Below the pieces are notes generated by a model. The model was not told the origin of the DNA and ran no database searches. It was given only the letters and a program-made list of their open reading frames with translations. Below, piece by piece: positions 17,490 through 26,540 of a stretch of DNA of 64,000 nt; positions within the stretch are counted from its first letter, which is position 1, and each line of letters begins with the position of its first letter. Position numbers and translations under genes: made by a program. This DNA is from Thermoplasmata archaeon. GTDB lineage: Archaea; Thermoplasmatota; Thermoplasmata; Lutacidiplasmatales; UBA184. The stretch is taken from contig DATJYS010000005.1 in assembly GCA_035499455.1 (NCBI GenBank), positions 551,348-615,347 of the forward strand, read 5' to 3'.

Positions 17490-19883
17490 ATGGCGCCCTC
17501 TCCAGCGATTCGCCTTGCCGCAGTGTTTTTGGTCCTGGTCACGGTGGGGTCATCCCTCGCCGTTTTCGCCGTCGCCCCCGCCGCGGCCTATCGGGCGCCC
17601 GCGCCCGCGTTCGTCGTTTCCACCTCGCACGGCGTGAACCTCGTCGCCGGCCCCGCCGCCCATCCGAATCCGGCCGTCTCCTATCCGATCTTCTTCTACG
17701 AAACGGGACTCCCGTCGGGCATCAACTGGCAGATCACGGTGGGCCACGCTACGTCGAACTACGTGACGGACGGGAACACCGACTCCCTCGCCTTCTCCGA
17801 CCCGAACGGCGTCTACGCGTACTCCATCCAGGACATCTCGGGATGGCACCAGTCGAACCTCTCCTACCACGGCAACGTGGTCGTCAACGGGGCGTCCGTG
17901 ACGGAACCGACGTTGTCGTACTCGCAGGTCACCTACGCGGTGCAGTTCAGCGAGATGAGCCTCCCCTCGGGAAAGACGTTCCAGGTGACCCTGGGCGGCA
18001 ACCCCTCATCGCTCGTGACGGACGGGAGCACCGACACGTTGGCGTTCAACGTCCCGAACGGCACGTACAGCTACGCGATCCTCGACATCTCGGGCTGGCA
18101 TCAGGGGACCCTCCCGTACACCGGTCATGTGACCGTCACCGGATCGGGGGTGACCGAGGCGACCCTCATCTACGTCCAGGTCACCTACTCGGTCACGTTC
18201 CAGGAGAGCGGGATCGGCTCGGGGCAGACCTGGCAGGTGACGGTCAACAGCGTCGTGAAGTCCCTGACGACGAACGGCGCGACCGACGCCCTCTCGTGGT
18301 CCGGTCTCCCCAACGGCACGTACGCCTACTCGATCCAGGACATCGCCGGCTGGCACGAGGGCACGCTCCCGTACCACGGCTCCGTGGTCGTGGCGGGGTC
18401 GTCCGTGACGGAGTCGACGCTCGTCTACTTCCCCGTCACTTATTCGGTCGTGTTCACGGAGGTCGGCCTCCCCGCGGGCGAGACGTTCCAGGTGTCGGTC
18501 GGGCGGACGGGCGAGTCCCTCCTCACCGATGGGCACGCGGACAGCCTCTACTTCACCGCCGCGAACGGCACCTACTCCTACACGGTCACGGGCATCTCGG
18601 GCTGGCACCAGTCGAACATCACCTACACGGGAAGTTTGGTGATCACCGGCGCCCCGCTCACCGAGCCCACGCTCGAATTCCTGCAGGTGAACTACTCGGT
18701 GACGTTCACCGAGAGCGGCCTCCCCGCCGCGACCGTCTGGGCGGTCACCCTGAACGGCCAGACCCTTAGCTCGAACGGGACGATGATCGCGTTCAGCGAA
18801 CCGAACGGGACGTACGGCGACCACATCGACTACGTCGCCGGCTACCAGACCACGCCGTCCTCGTCCTCGGTCGTGGTGGCGGGCGCGGACCGCGCGATCT
18901 CGGTGCCGTTCACGCAGGTGACGTACACCCTCTCGTTCTCCGAGTCGACCCTGCCGTCGGGCACGCACTGGAGCGTCACCGTCGGCGTCACGACCCACAC
19001 GTCGACCGGCACGTCGATCGCGTTCACCCTCCCCAACGGGACGTACAGCTACTCGATCGGGTTTGTCTCGGGCTACGTCCCGACCGTCCCGAGCGGATCC
19101 GCCTCGATCACCGGCGCCTCGACCGTGGTCGCGGTGAGCTTCACGCAGGTCCAGTACACCCTGACGTTCACGGCGACCGGATTCCCGGCTACGGGCCACC
19201 CGAAGGTCTGGTCGGTCTCGCTGGACGGAACCCTCCAGACGACCTCCACCAGTTCGATCTCCTTCGCCGTGGCGAACGGCACGCACACGTACCTGGTCCG
19301 CGGACCGGCGGGATGGCGGGTCTCCTCCGTGCTCCCGCCCGAGGGATCGATCGTCATCAACGGGGAGAGCGCGAGCCAGGCCGTGACGTTCGTGCGCGGC
19401 GGCACGGGCACGGTGACGTTCCACGAGGTCGGTCTCGCGGTCGCGACGCGCTGGTGCGTCACCCTGGGCTCGCTGATCTGCTCCACGACCCCGAAGATCC
19501 TCTCGAAGAACCTGACCCCGGGAGCGTACTCCTACGTGATCAACACGTTCCACGGGGTCGACACGGTCGTCACCATCCACGGGGCCTCGGTCGGCACGTC
19601 GGGCGGCGTGGCGCTCGCTCACGGGACCACGGTGAAGGTGCGGTTCGCGTACGCGGTGACGTTCACCGAGTCGGGGCTGCCGTTCTCCACGAGCTGGAAG
19701 GTCGTGGCGGGAGGTCAGACGGTCATCTCGACCACAACCACGATCACGCTGTACCTCACCAACGGGACCTACACGTTCCACGTCGGCCACATCAGCGGAT
19801 ACACGGCCGCGCCCGGGTCCGGCGGCCTGCACGTCGCGGGCTCGAACCTGGCGGTGTCGATCCGGTTCTCGGTCGCGCGGTAG
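17490..19883 (+). CDS. secreted/surface protein: signal peptide followed by ten tandem ~80-aa beta-sandwich-like repeats
   Basis: N-terminal MAPSPAIRLAAVFLVLVTVGSSLAVFAVAPAAA. The ORF track starts at 17463, but the leaderless start 17490 is preferred. Repeats share the motif V(T/Y)YxVxFxESGLPxGxxWQVT...TDxLxF..PNGTYxYxIxDISGWH and each carries an N-x-T sequon. Confidence 0.75.
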   Translation: MAPSPAIRLAAVFLVLVTVGSSLAVFAVAPAAAYRAPAPAFVVSTSHGVNLVAGPAAHPNPAVSYPIFFYETGLPSGINWQITVGHATSNYVTDGNTDSLAFSDPNGVYAYSIQDISGWHQSNLSYHGNVVVNGASVTEPTLSYSQVTYAVQFSEMSLPSGKTFQVTLGGNPSSLVTDGSTDTLAFNVPNGTYSYAILDISGWHQGTLPYTGHVTVTGSGVTEATLIYVQVTYSVTFQESGIGSGQTWQVTVNSVVKSLTTNGATDALSWSGLPNGTYAYSIQDIAGWHEGTLPYHGSVVVAGSSVTESTLVYFPVTYSVVFTEVGLPAGETFQVSVGRTGESLLTDGHADSLYFTAANGTYSYTVTGISGWHQSNITYTGSLVITGAPLTEPTLEFLQVNYSVTFTESGLPAATVWAVTLNGQTLSSNGTMIAFSEPNGTYGDHIDYVAGYQTTPSSSSVVVAGADRAISVPFTQVTYTLSFSESTLPSGTHWSVTVGVTTHTSTGTSIAFTLPNGTYSYSIGFVSGYVPTVPSGSASITGASTVVAVSFTQVQYTLTFTATGFPATGHPKVWSVSLDGTLQTTSTSSISFAVANGTHTYLVRGPAGWRVSSVLPPEGSIVINGESASQAVTFVRGGTGTVTFHEVGLAVATRWCVTLGSLICSTTPKILSKNLTPGAYSYVINTFHGVDTVVTIHGASVGTSGGVALAHGTTVKVRFAYAVTFTESGLPFSTSWKVVAGGQTVISTTTTITLYLTNGTYTFHVGHISGYTAAPGSGGLHVAGSNLAVSIRFSVAR

Positions 19884-20157
19884 GGTTCGAGGGCCGCCCC
19901 TACACGGGGGCGCGGGTTCCCGTCGCCGCGCGTCCCGCGCGCGATACGCCTACCCTGCGGGACCGCCGCCGCTCGGGCGGACCGCGCGGTCCGTCGTGCG
20001 GGACCTGCCAGTACAGGGCAGGACGGGCACGAGGGTGGCCTACCCGGCCCCGCCACCCTGCGGCAGGGGCTTCCACCGGTGGGGTTGTCCGGGAGACAGC
20101 ACCGGCCCGATCTCGCCGAAGCGGGCCTGGGAGCGACTCCGAGGCGGGGCCCCTGGA

Positions 20158-22272
20158 TCACGCCGCGAGTCGGCCCAACGGCGCGGCGGCGAGCGCCACC
20201 ATCTCGGGCCCCGCGCTGAGGGATCGGATCCCGGAGCCGCCGGGCAGTCGCCCGATCGCCCCGTGGGCACCGGCCGTGGTGAAACTGACGAGGACCAGCG
20301 GCGTCGGATGGGGCGCGGTCACGACGAACGTCCCGGACGCGGGGTGGGGGTGCAGGTAGGTGAAGTTCGAGACCCGGAACGTGTAGGTGCCGTTCACCAG
20401 GTGGAACTTGATCGTCGCGGCCGTCGTGTGGATGCTCGCGTTCATCGGCCCGGTAATGTTGACGTCCCACGGAGTGCCCCGACCGAGGCCGACCGCGCGG
20501 AACGCCACCGTCGCGGTGACGAGCTTGAACTTGACCGTCTTCGTGATCGCGTGGATCCCGACCGTAACGGTCCCGTGCCCCGGGGTGGAGCCGTAGGTCG
20601 TGGGGTTCCCCGTGACGTGGAACTTCCAGGCGCCCTGGACGACCGTGAACGCGACCGACGAGGAGGTCGTGGAGGCCGATTGCGGCGCCGGTCCACCGTG
20701 CTTCAGCGCCGACTGCAGCGAGACGCCCCACGGAGAGCTCGGCGGAAGCCCCAGCTCGTCGAAGGTGAGCGACTCGAGGTGACCGAACTTCACCGCGAGG
20801 GTCACTTTCGCCCCCGAGATGTTCGCGGAACCCTGGGTCGGCTGGAGCGGGCCGGTGACCTTCGAGACAGCATAGTCCGCCGGAGGGGTGAACGAGAAGG
20901 CGAGCACGCCGCTCGGGACGAGCACCACGATCGTTCCCTTCGCGTGCACCGTGACGTCCGAGAGGACCACGGGCGGAGCCCCGACGCTGACGGACCACAG
21001 GGTCGCCGGGGGAAGGCCCGTTGCCCGGAACGTCACCTGGGTGAGCACGAGAACGCTGACGCTTGCGGACCCCTGGTTCGCCACGTACACCGCGGTCGCG
21101 TTCACCGGGTCGACCGCGAGGGCGTCCGGCTGGTCCCCGACGGGGATCGACCCCGCGACCCGGGCCGGGGAGGTCGCGAGCACGGTCACGTTGCCCGATC
21201 CCCCGTTCGCCTCGTAGACGTAGCCGGTCGCGGAACTGTAGGTCATCGCGTCGTCCATGCCGGGGGCTTCCCCGACCGGGACCGTGGCGATCACCGTGTT
21301 GTTGACGGTCGAGATGACGCTCACGTTGTTGGAGAAGTGGTTCGCCACGAAGAGCTCCTTGGCGGCGCCGTCCACCGCAAGCCCCGTGGGGCCCGATCCG
21401 ACCGCGACCGTCGCGTTCAGGGAGCCGTTGGACCCCCAGAGGACGCTGACGTTGTCCGAACCGACATTCGCGACGTAGACCCGGCCGTTCGCCGGGTCGA
21501 ACAGCATCGCGCCGTTCGGCCCCGGGTCGGTGCCAACGGTCGTCGTCCGGATGACGGTGTTCGTGGCGCCCGAGATCACGCTCACGTTGTCCGACCCTGC
21601 CTCCGCCACGAAGACGTCGTGGGTCGTCGGGTCGAGCACGAGGGCGTCCGGATCCGGACCGACGGGTACCGTGTCGATCACCCGGGGGATCGCGGCCGCA
21701 GGGGAGATGATGCTGACCGTCCCCGACCCACCGTTCGAGACGTAGACGTCGTGGTTCGCGGGATTCACGACGATCGCGTTCGGCTCCACCCCGACCGGGA
21801 CGGACGCAACGACTGAGAGCTCGGAGATCGAGATGACGCTCACGTTGTCGGAGCCCGCATTCGAGACGTAGACCGTCCAGTTCGTGGTGTCGAGCGCGAT
21901 GCCGCCCGGTGCGGGTTGCGACCCCACGGGGATGGTCGCGATCAGTTCGTTCGTGGCGATCGCGATCGCGCTCACGTTGTTTCCGAACTGGGAGGCGACG
22001 AAGACCGTCCCGTTCGCGGGATCAACGAGCACCGAATCCGGTCCCGCACCCACCGGCACGACCGGCGGCGCTGTGGCCGGACGATCGACCGATGGGACGA
22101 TGGGGAGAGCGGCGCGCGCCGACGGCGCCGAGGGCGGCGACGAGAGGGAGGGCGGATGCACCGGCGAAGCGGCTCCACCCGCCACAACGGCGCTCGAGGT
22201 GACCACGAGGATCGCCAAGACGACGATCGCGACGGACGCAGGTCGGGCCATAGTTTCGACCCCAGAAGACAT
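20158..22272 (-). CDS. secreted YVTN-family beta-propeller protein with C-terminal repeats of the same beta-sandwich module
   Basis: Signal peptide (MARPASVAIVVLAILVVTSSAVVAGG). At least seven YVTN-type blades (VYVSNxGSDNVSVIS pattern). The C-terminal third has three or four copies of the V(T/A)FxxxGLPxxxxWxV module found in 17490..19883. Start is 22272 or 22251. Confidence 0.75.
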   Translation of the reverse strand: MSSGVETMARPASVAIVVLAILVVTSSAVVAGGAASPVHPPSLSSPPSAPSARAALPIVPSVDRPATAPPVVPVGAGPDSVLVDPANGTVFVASQFGNNVSAIAIATNELIATIPVGSQPAPGGIALDTTNWTVYVSNAGSDNVSVISISELSVVASVPVGVEPNAIVVNPANHDVYVSNGGSGTVSIISPAAAIPRVIDTVPVGPDPDALVLDPTTHDVFVAEAGSDNVSVISGATNTVIRTTTVGTDPGPNGAMLFDPANGRVYVANVGSDNVSVLWGSNGSLNATVAVGSGPTGLAVDGAAKELFVANHFSNNVSVISTVNNTVIATVPVGEAPGMDDAMTYSSATGYVYEANGGSGNVTVLATSPARVAGSIPVGDQPDALAVDPVNATAVYVANQGSASVSVLVLTQVTFRATGLPPATLWSVSVGAPPVVLSDVTVHAKGTIVVLVPSGVLAFSFTPPADYAVSKVTGPLQPTQGSANISGAKVTLAVKFGHLESLTFDELGLPPSSPWGVSLQSALKHGGPAPQSASTTSSSVAFTVVQGAWKFHVTGNPTTYGSTPGHGTVTVGIHAITKTVKFKLVTATVAFRAVGLGRGTPWDVNITGPMNASIHTTAATIKFHLVNGTYTFRVSNFTYLHPHPASGTFVVTAPHPTPLVLVSFTTAGAHGAIGRLPGGSGIRSLSAGPEMVALAAAPLGRLAA

Positions 22273-22627
22273 GGACCCACCCCTATTTCCGTCTTCCACG
22301 ACCGCCCGCCGCGAGGGCCGGGAGCCGTCCCAGACAGACCCACGGCCCCGCGGACGATGAACGATCGATTCGGCCCGACCTGCGACGGTGACCCCTTCGT
22401 GCCAGGTCACCTTGACGTCGAGGACTACGGCGCCCGAAAGGGACTCGGAGTCCGACCGCTTGGGCGGGTCCTTGGATGCTCGGCCGGCGGCCAGGGGGTG
22501 GCGATCGGACCCGGCATCGTAGAACTAGTTAGCCAAACTACCCCTCGACAGTACCCGTCGCACCGGTGAGGAGAACGACCTTCGGGACCGAGGCGGTTGC
22601 CGGTCCGCGGCCCGAGGCCGCGGGGTG

Positions 22628-22653
22628 CCCCCTCCCCGGGTCGGGGGAGGGGG
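22628..22653. other. perfect 10-bp GC hairpin (CCCCCTCCCC-GGGTC-GGGGAGGGGG) within a 465-nt noncoding gap
   Basis: Read directly from the sequence. Lies between the membrane-protein gene (ends 22738) and the YVTN gene start. Confidence 0.4.
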
Positions 22654-22737
22654 CGGGCCCCCCGGGGTCGGACGGTCGGAGCGGCCGAGGGCTCCGACCG
22701 CCTCCGGGGGGCGGTGCGTCGAGGGCGTGCTCCGCGC

Positions 22738-23493
22738 TCAGGGCGGGCTGGTCAGGTGGCCCGGGAGAATGTCTCCGATGTAGAACCACGCCGCGATCGC
22801 CGCGAGCAGCATGAACGCCGGGAACCAGACGGTCGCGAGGTAGACCCAGGCGGGGACGCGGTAGCGTCCCTTGGCGGATCCCTCGGGGGGGGCCATCGGC
22901 GGGGCCTCCTCCGTGATCGGCGTCATGCTGAGCGAGAGCGTCGGGAAGCTGGCCCCCGGGTGCTCGAGCCACCAGTCCACGACCAGAGAGGCCGGAAGGG
23001 CGAACACTCCCGCGGCGGCGTACGCTCCGTAGAGCAGGAACGTCTCGAGGGGGTCCTTGGTCAGGCCGAACGAGCCCGGCTTCACGAGGGTCGTGTACCC
23101 CCAGTAGCCGTACCACGCGGTAATGACGCCGGCGACGAACGCGAACAGGCCGGCGTACTCGAGCTTGAGCCCGAAGTACCCGACGAAGGCGTAGACGAGC
23201 ATCACGAGCGCGAAGAGGCAGATGACGTCGCCGAAGAATATGTCGTAGGAGCCGAGCCCGTCGGAGAGCAGGAACGGCCAGGTGTATTCGATGAAGATCC
23301 CGATCGCCAGCGACAACGTCCCGATCATTCCCGCGGGAACCGCGGACGCCTTGATCGCCGCCCGGACTCGGGCCGGGTCGTTCCGGAGCATGTGCCAGAA
23401 CGCCCGGATCGCGGTGTAGGTCATCACCGCGGCTCCGGCGAGGATCAGCGCAACGACGAGTCCCAGGTCATCGACAAACGCCACGAACGCCAT
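22738..23493 (-). CDS. integral membrane protein of unknown function (about 7 TM helices)
   Basis: 251-aa hydrophobic ORF. SD-like GGAGAGGG sits 8 nt upstream of the ATG, preceded by hairpin CTCGGCC-CGAA-GGCCGAG (23507..23524). Confidence 0.55.
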   Translation of the reverse strand: MAFVAFVDDLGLVVALILAGAAVMTYTAIRAFWHMLRNDPARVRAAIKASAVPAGMIGTLSLAIGIFIEYTWPFLLSDGLGSYDIFFGDVICLFALVMLVYAFVGYFGLKLEYAGLFAFVAGVITAWYGYWGYTTLVKPGSFGLTKDPLETFLLYGAYAAAGVFALPASLVVDWWLEHPGASFPTLSLSMTPITEEAPPMAPPEGSAKGRYRVPAWVYLATVWFPAFMLLAAIAAWFYIGDILPGHLTSPP

Positions 23494-23810
23494 CTTCCCT
23501 CTCCTTCTCGGCCCGAAGGCCGAGGGCTCGTATCGTAGACCCCCTTATTATCCATGAGTCAACGATTCTTGACCGCGGTCCTCTCTCGTGCCGGCGGGAA
23601 ACCGCGCCGAGGCGGAGCGCGGCTCGGGTCCCGCAGGAGATCGTTGGATGGGCCCGACCCCGGGTCCGCGTCGCGAGCCGACCGCCGCGGGCCGACAGAC
23701 GACGGAGCGCGCCCGGGGCTCCCTCGCTATCGACCGCGGAGCTGATACGCGGTGACCGGCTGGGCACCGGGGCCGGGCCAGGAAGGGGTCGACCTCCTCG
23801 CGGCGAGCGG

Positions 23811-24320
23811 ATGACGGGTCCTGAGAAACCTCGAACGCGCACGGTCGCCTGGCAGGACCCCGGCGTCTTCGCCGAGGCGATGAAGACCGCCAGCGGGATC
23901 GAGTTCCTTCGTGGATTTCTCACCGAATCCCTTCCGCCGCCGCCGTTCATGGAACTCCTGGGGGTACGGATCGCGTCGGTCGAACCGTCGGCCGTCTCGA
24001 TCGAGTTCGAGCCGGCGGAGTTCATGTACAGCCCGCTCGGGAACGTGCACGGAGGGATCGTGACCGTCCTGCTCGACACGGCGATGGGGTGCTCGTTCCA
24101 TACGACGCTCCCCGCCGGGGTCGGCTACACCACCCTCGAGCTCAAGGTCAACTTCGTCCGCCCGGTGACCGTCCGCGACGGCCCGCTGCGGGCCGAGGGG
24201 CGGGTCGTGTCCGCAGGCGCCCGCGTCGCCACGACGGAGGCCCACCTGAGGGACCGCGATCGGAAACTGTTCGCGCACGCCACCTCGACCCTGCTCGTCC
24301 TCCGACCGGAGCCGAGATAG
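23811..24320 (+). CDS. PaaI/YbgC-type hotdog-fold thioesterase
   Basis: 169-aa ORF with a hotdog thioesterase motif (GNVHGGIVTVLLDTAMG). Confidence 0.75.
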   Translation: MTGPEKPRTRTVAWQDPGVFAEAMKTASGIEFLRGFLTESLPPPPFMELLGVRIASVEPSAVSIEFEPAEFMYSPLGNVHGGIVTVLLDTAMGCSFHTTLPAGVGYTTLELKVNFVRPVTVRDGPLRAEGRVVSAGARVATTEAHLRDRDRKLFAHATSTLLVLRPEPR

Positions 24321-24470
24321 CGCGGCGTCCGTCGGCGGATCCCCCCGGGCCGAGCGGACTCTCGAGACCGAATCGAGCCTTCCTTGGGAGGGGGAGCGCG
24401 GCGACGTCGGTCGCTTCCGGCCACGCGTCCCGGGCGCGCCGGGACGGTTCGCCCTCCCAGCATAAGTCCC

Positions 24471-24543
24471 GGGCCCGAGGGGATTTGAACCCCTGATCTT
24501 GCGGTTAAGAGCCGCCTGCTCTACCGGGCTGAGCTACGGGCCC
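24471..24543 (-). tRNA. tRNA-Lys (anticodon CUU)
   Basis: Reverse complement GGGCCCGTAGCTCAGCCCGGTAGAGCAGGCGGCTCTTAACCGCAAGATCAGGGGTTCAAATCCCCTCGGGCCC folds as a cloverleaf: 7-bp acceptor stem, GTTCAAATC T-loop, anticodon loop CTCTTAA, and a G27-A43 mismatch. No encoded CCA. Confidence 0.85.
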
Positions 24544-24573
24544 GCGACGAGGGGCGCCGAGCCGGGTCGGCCG

Positions 24574-24581
24574 CATAAAGG
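24574..24581 (-). promoter_or_regulatory. TATA box (CCTTTATG on the minus strand) for tRNA-Lys
   Basis: About 33 nt upstream of the tRNA 5' end. Confidence 0.4.
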
Positions 24582-24599
24582 CTCCGAGGAGCGGCCGTC

Positions 24600-25541
24600 T
24601 CAGCGCCGGATCCGTTCGAGGGCCGCCCCGACCATGAGGGGGAGCAGGACCGTGACGTCGCCCTCGACCGTCGTATGGCGCGCCGACGCCTTCACCTTCC
24701 CCCAGGAGACCGCTTCCCGGGTGCGCGCGCCGGAGAGGCTCCCGTCCCACTCGACGGCGGTCGTCAGGTACAGGGCCGCGTCCAACCCGTCGCGGAACTG
24801 GTTCCACCAGATCGTGTGGTGCTTCGAGATCCCGCCCCCGAGCAGGATCGCCCCGGACCGCTTCGCTCCGTAGACGAGATCGGAGAGCGCCTGCTCGTCC
24901 GAGAGAAGGTCGATCGAGAGCGCCTTGTGGTCCTGCCAGAACAGCCAGAGCTGGGAGCCGACCGCTCCGTCCGTGATCCCCGGGACGAAGACGGGGACAT
25001 CCCGGTCGTAGGCGGCGCGCAGGATGCTCGACGTCGCGTTCGCCGGGAGGGCGGCGCCGATCGCCCGGGCGAGCGCCTGGGAGGAGACGGCCCGGGTCCC
25101 GTCGGCCCACAGTCGCCGAAGGATCGGCCCCATCTTGCGCTCGATGATCGCCCCGTAGTTCGCCTCGGGGATGACGAGGTTCCCGAGGCGGTAGAGGTGG
25201 CGACGGTGCAGCGCCGCGTCGTCGAGGTTCCAGGCGCCGTGGTAGTACGGCCGGAACGCGCGGGCGAGGTCGTGGTCGAGCGTTCCGCACGTCGTGACGA
25301 CCGCGTCGACGTACCCTTCCCGCACCAGGGTGGCGAGGACGCCCCGGACCCCGGTCGCGACGAGGTCGGCGGGGAACGACAGGAAGACCGTCATGTCGCG
25401 GTCGCCGAGGATCCGGGCGAGGAGGTCGACGCCGTCGGCGACCTCCTTCGCGCTGAAGCCGCCCCCCGCTTCCATGCGGCGGACCAGCGTGTCGAGGGTC
25501 GGCGCGTCGTCGATCCGCAGGTCCTCGACCTTCCGCGGCAC
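24600..25541 (-). CDS. dys: deoxyhypusine synthase
   Basis: DHS signature GGGISKHHTIWWNQF and full-length similarity. Start is placed at GTG 25541 (VPRKVEDLRIDD); further upstream the ORF is low-complexity. Confidence 0.85.
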   Translation of the reverse strand: MPRKVEDLRIDDAPTLDTLVRRMEAGGGFSAKEVADGVDLLARILGDRDMTVFLSFPADLVATGVRGVLATLVREGYVDAVVTTCGTLDHDLARAFRPYYHGAWNLDDAALHRRHLYRLGNLVIPEANYGAIIERKMGPILRRLWADGTRAVSSQALARAIGAALPANATSSILRAAYDRDVPVFVPGITDGAVGSQLWLFWQDHKALSIDLLSDEQALSDLVYGAKRSGAILLGGGISKHHTIWWNQFRDGLDAALYLTTAVEWDGSLSGARTREAVSWGKVKASARHTTVEGDVTVLLPLMVGAALERIRR

Positions 25542-25564
25542 GGCGCGGGGAGGCGGCCGGGCGG

Positions 25565-26533
25565 TTAAAGGCCCCCGGTGAGGCCGAGGGTCAACGAGTG
25601 GAAGACGAGCACGTAGGCGAGGGCGTAGCCGAGGAGGGCGCCGCCGTTGAGGAGCGGGAGGCCGGCCTGCGGGTTCCCGCCGAGGACGAGCCGCATGAGC
25701 ACGCCGTAGCCGACCAGCGAGCCGAGCATCGCCGCCCCGGCGATCAGCAGGTTCGCCCCGACCCCGAGGAGGTGCGGCGACGTCGGGAGCCAGACGAACG
25801 CCGACGCGATCAGCGCTCCGGGGATGACGATGTCCCCGAGGCCCATGAACATCGCCGCCCGCTCCTCGGTCGGCTGCCCCCGCTGCTCCTGGAGCGTCGG
25901 GGCGCTCGTGTAGTCGTACCCCGACCGGTCGGGCATCACGAGGAGGATCGGGAGCTTCATCTCGGTGACGACGTCCGCGAGGCTCACCATGTGCTTCGTG
26001 CGGTAGACGGCGATCGCGTCGTAGACCATCAGCGCCAGCAGCAGGATGAAGACGGGCAAGATGTCGAAGGAGATCCCGAGGATCGCGACGAGCGCCCCCG
26101 CCGCGATGAATCCGGTGATGTCGACGACGTACCACTGCGGCTCGACCATGAGCGAGAGGAACAGCAGGGCGGTGACGCCTCCCGCGAGGGTGAGGGCGGG
26201 GGCGTAGGTGATCTCGGCCCCGTACGGGGGGAGGAGGATGCTCGCGGGGGGGATCAGCGAGAAGGTGGCGTAGAGGGTGACGTAGAGGGAGAGGGCGATC
26301 ATGACGAGGATTCCCGCGCGCAGGCGCGCCATCGCCCCCTTCAGGCGGACGAACAGGAGGATCGCGAGGGGCGCGATCACGATGATGGCGATGAGGAACA
26401 GCGGCGAGGCCGCGCTCTGGGGGTTCGAGGTCGAGGAGAGCCCCTCGGAACGGAACGGGTCCGCGAGCGCGAGCCCCACGACCTGGGCGCCGATGTAGAG
26501 GCCGAGCAGTCCGAGCCACCGGACACTGCGCAT
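25565..26533 (-). CDS. presenilin/signal-peptide-peptidase family (A22) intramembrane aspartyl protease homologue
   Basis: 9-TM ORF with YD motif (LMVYDAIAVY) and GxGD motif (FMGLGDIVIPG) in consecutive helices. The PAL motif is degenerate (GLPLL). Confidence 0.65.
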   Translation of the reverse strand: MRSVRWLGLLGLYIGAQVVGLALADPFRSEGLSSTSNPQSAASPLFLIAIIVIAPLAILLFVRLKGAMARLRAGILVMIALSLYVTLYATFSLIPPASILLPPYGAEITYAPALTLAGGVTALLFLSLMVEPQWYVVDITGFIAAGALVAILGISFDILPVFILLLALMVYDAIAVYRTKHMVSLADVVTEMKLPILLVMPDRSGYDYTSAPTLQEQRGQPTEERAAMFMGLGDIVIPGALIASAFVWLPTSPHLLGVGANLLIAGAAMLGSLVGYGVLMRLVLGGNPQAGLPLLNGGALLGYALAYVLVFHSLTLGLTGGL

Positions 26534-26540
26534 GGCGACG

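Noticed and set aside
17480-19832. ORFs 17480..18769(+) and 18006..19832(-) overlapping the repeat-protein gene
   Set aside because: Alternative-frame and antisense artefacts (Arg/Pro/Gly-rich). The annotated frame has a signal peptide and ten regular repeats.
17490-19883. Possible DNA-level tandem repeat or CRISPR-like array inside the repeat-protein gene
   Set aside because: The periodicity is at the protein level (about 240-nt units with diverged nucleotide sequence). There are no short identical direct repeats with unique spacers. No CRISPR array, and no rRNA, was seen anywhere in the window.
22273-22737. Calling the GC-rich gap an SRP RNA or RNase P RNA
   Set aside because: I could not recognise the conserved helix-8 or P4 signature sequences by eye. 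It is left as an unclassified candidate structured region.
24471-24543. Alternative anticodon assignment for the minus-strand tRNA
   Set aside because: Only the CTCTTAA loop gives a 7-nt loop with U33 and a purine at 37 flanked by a 5-bp stem. The G27-A43 mismatch is tolerated at that position. Lys(CUU) is retained.
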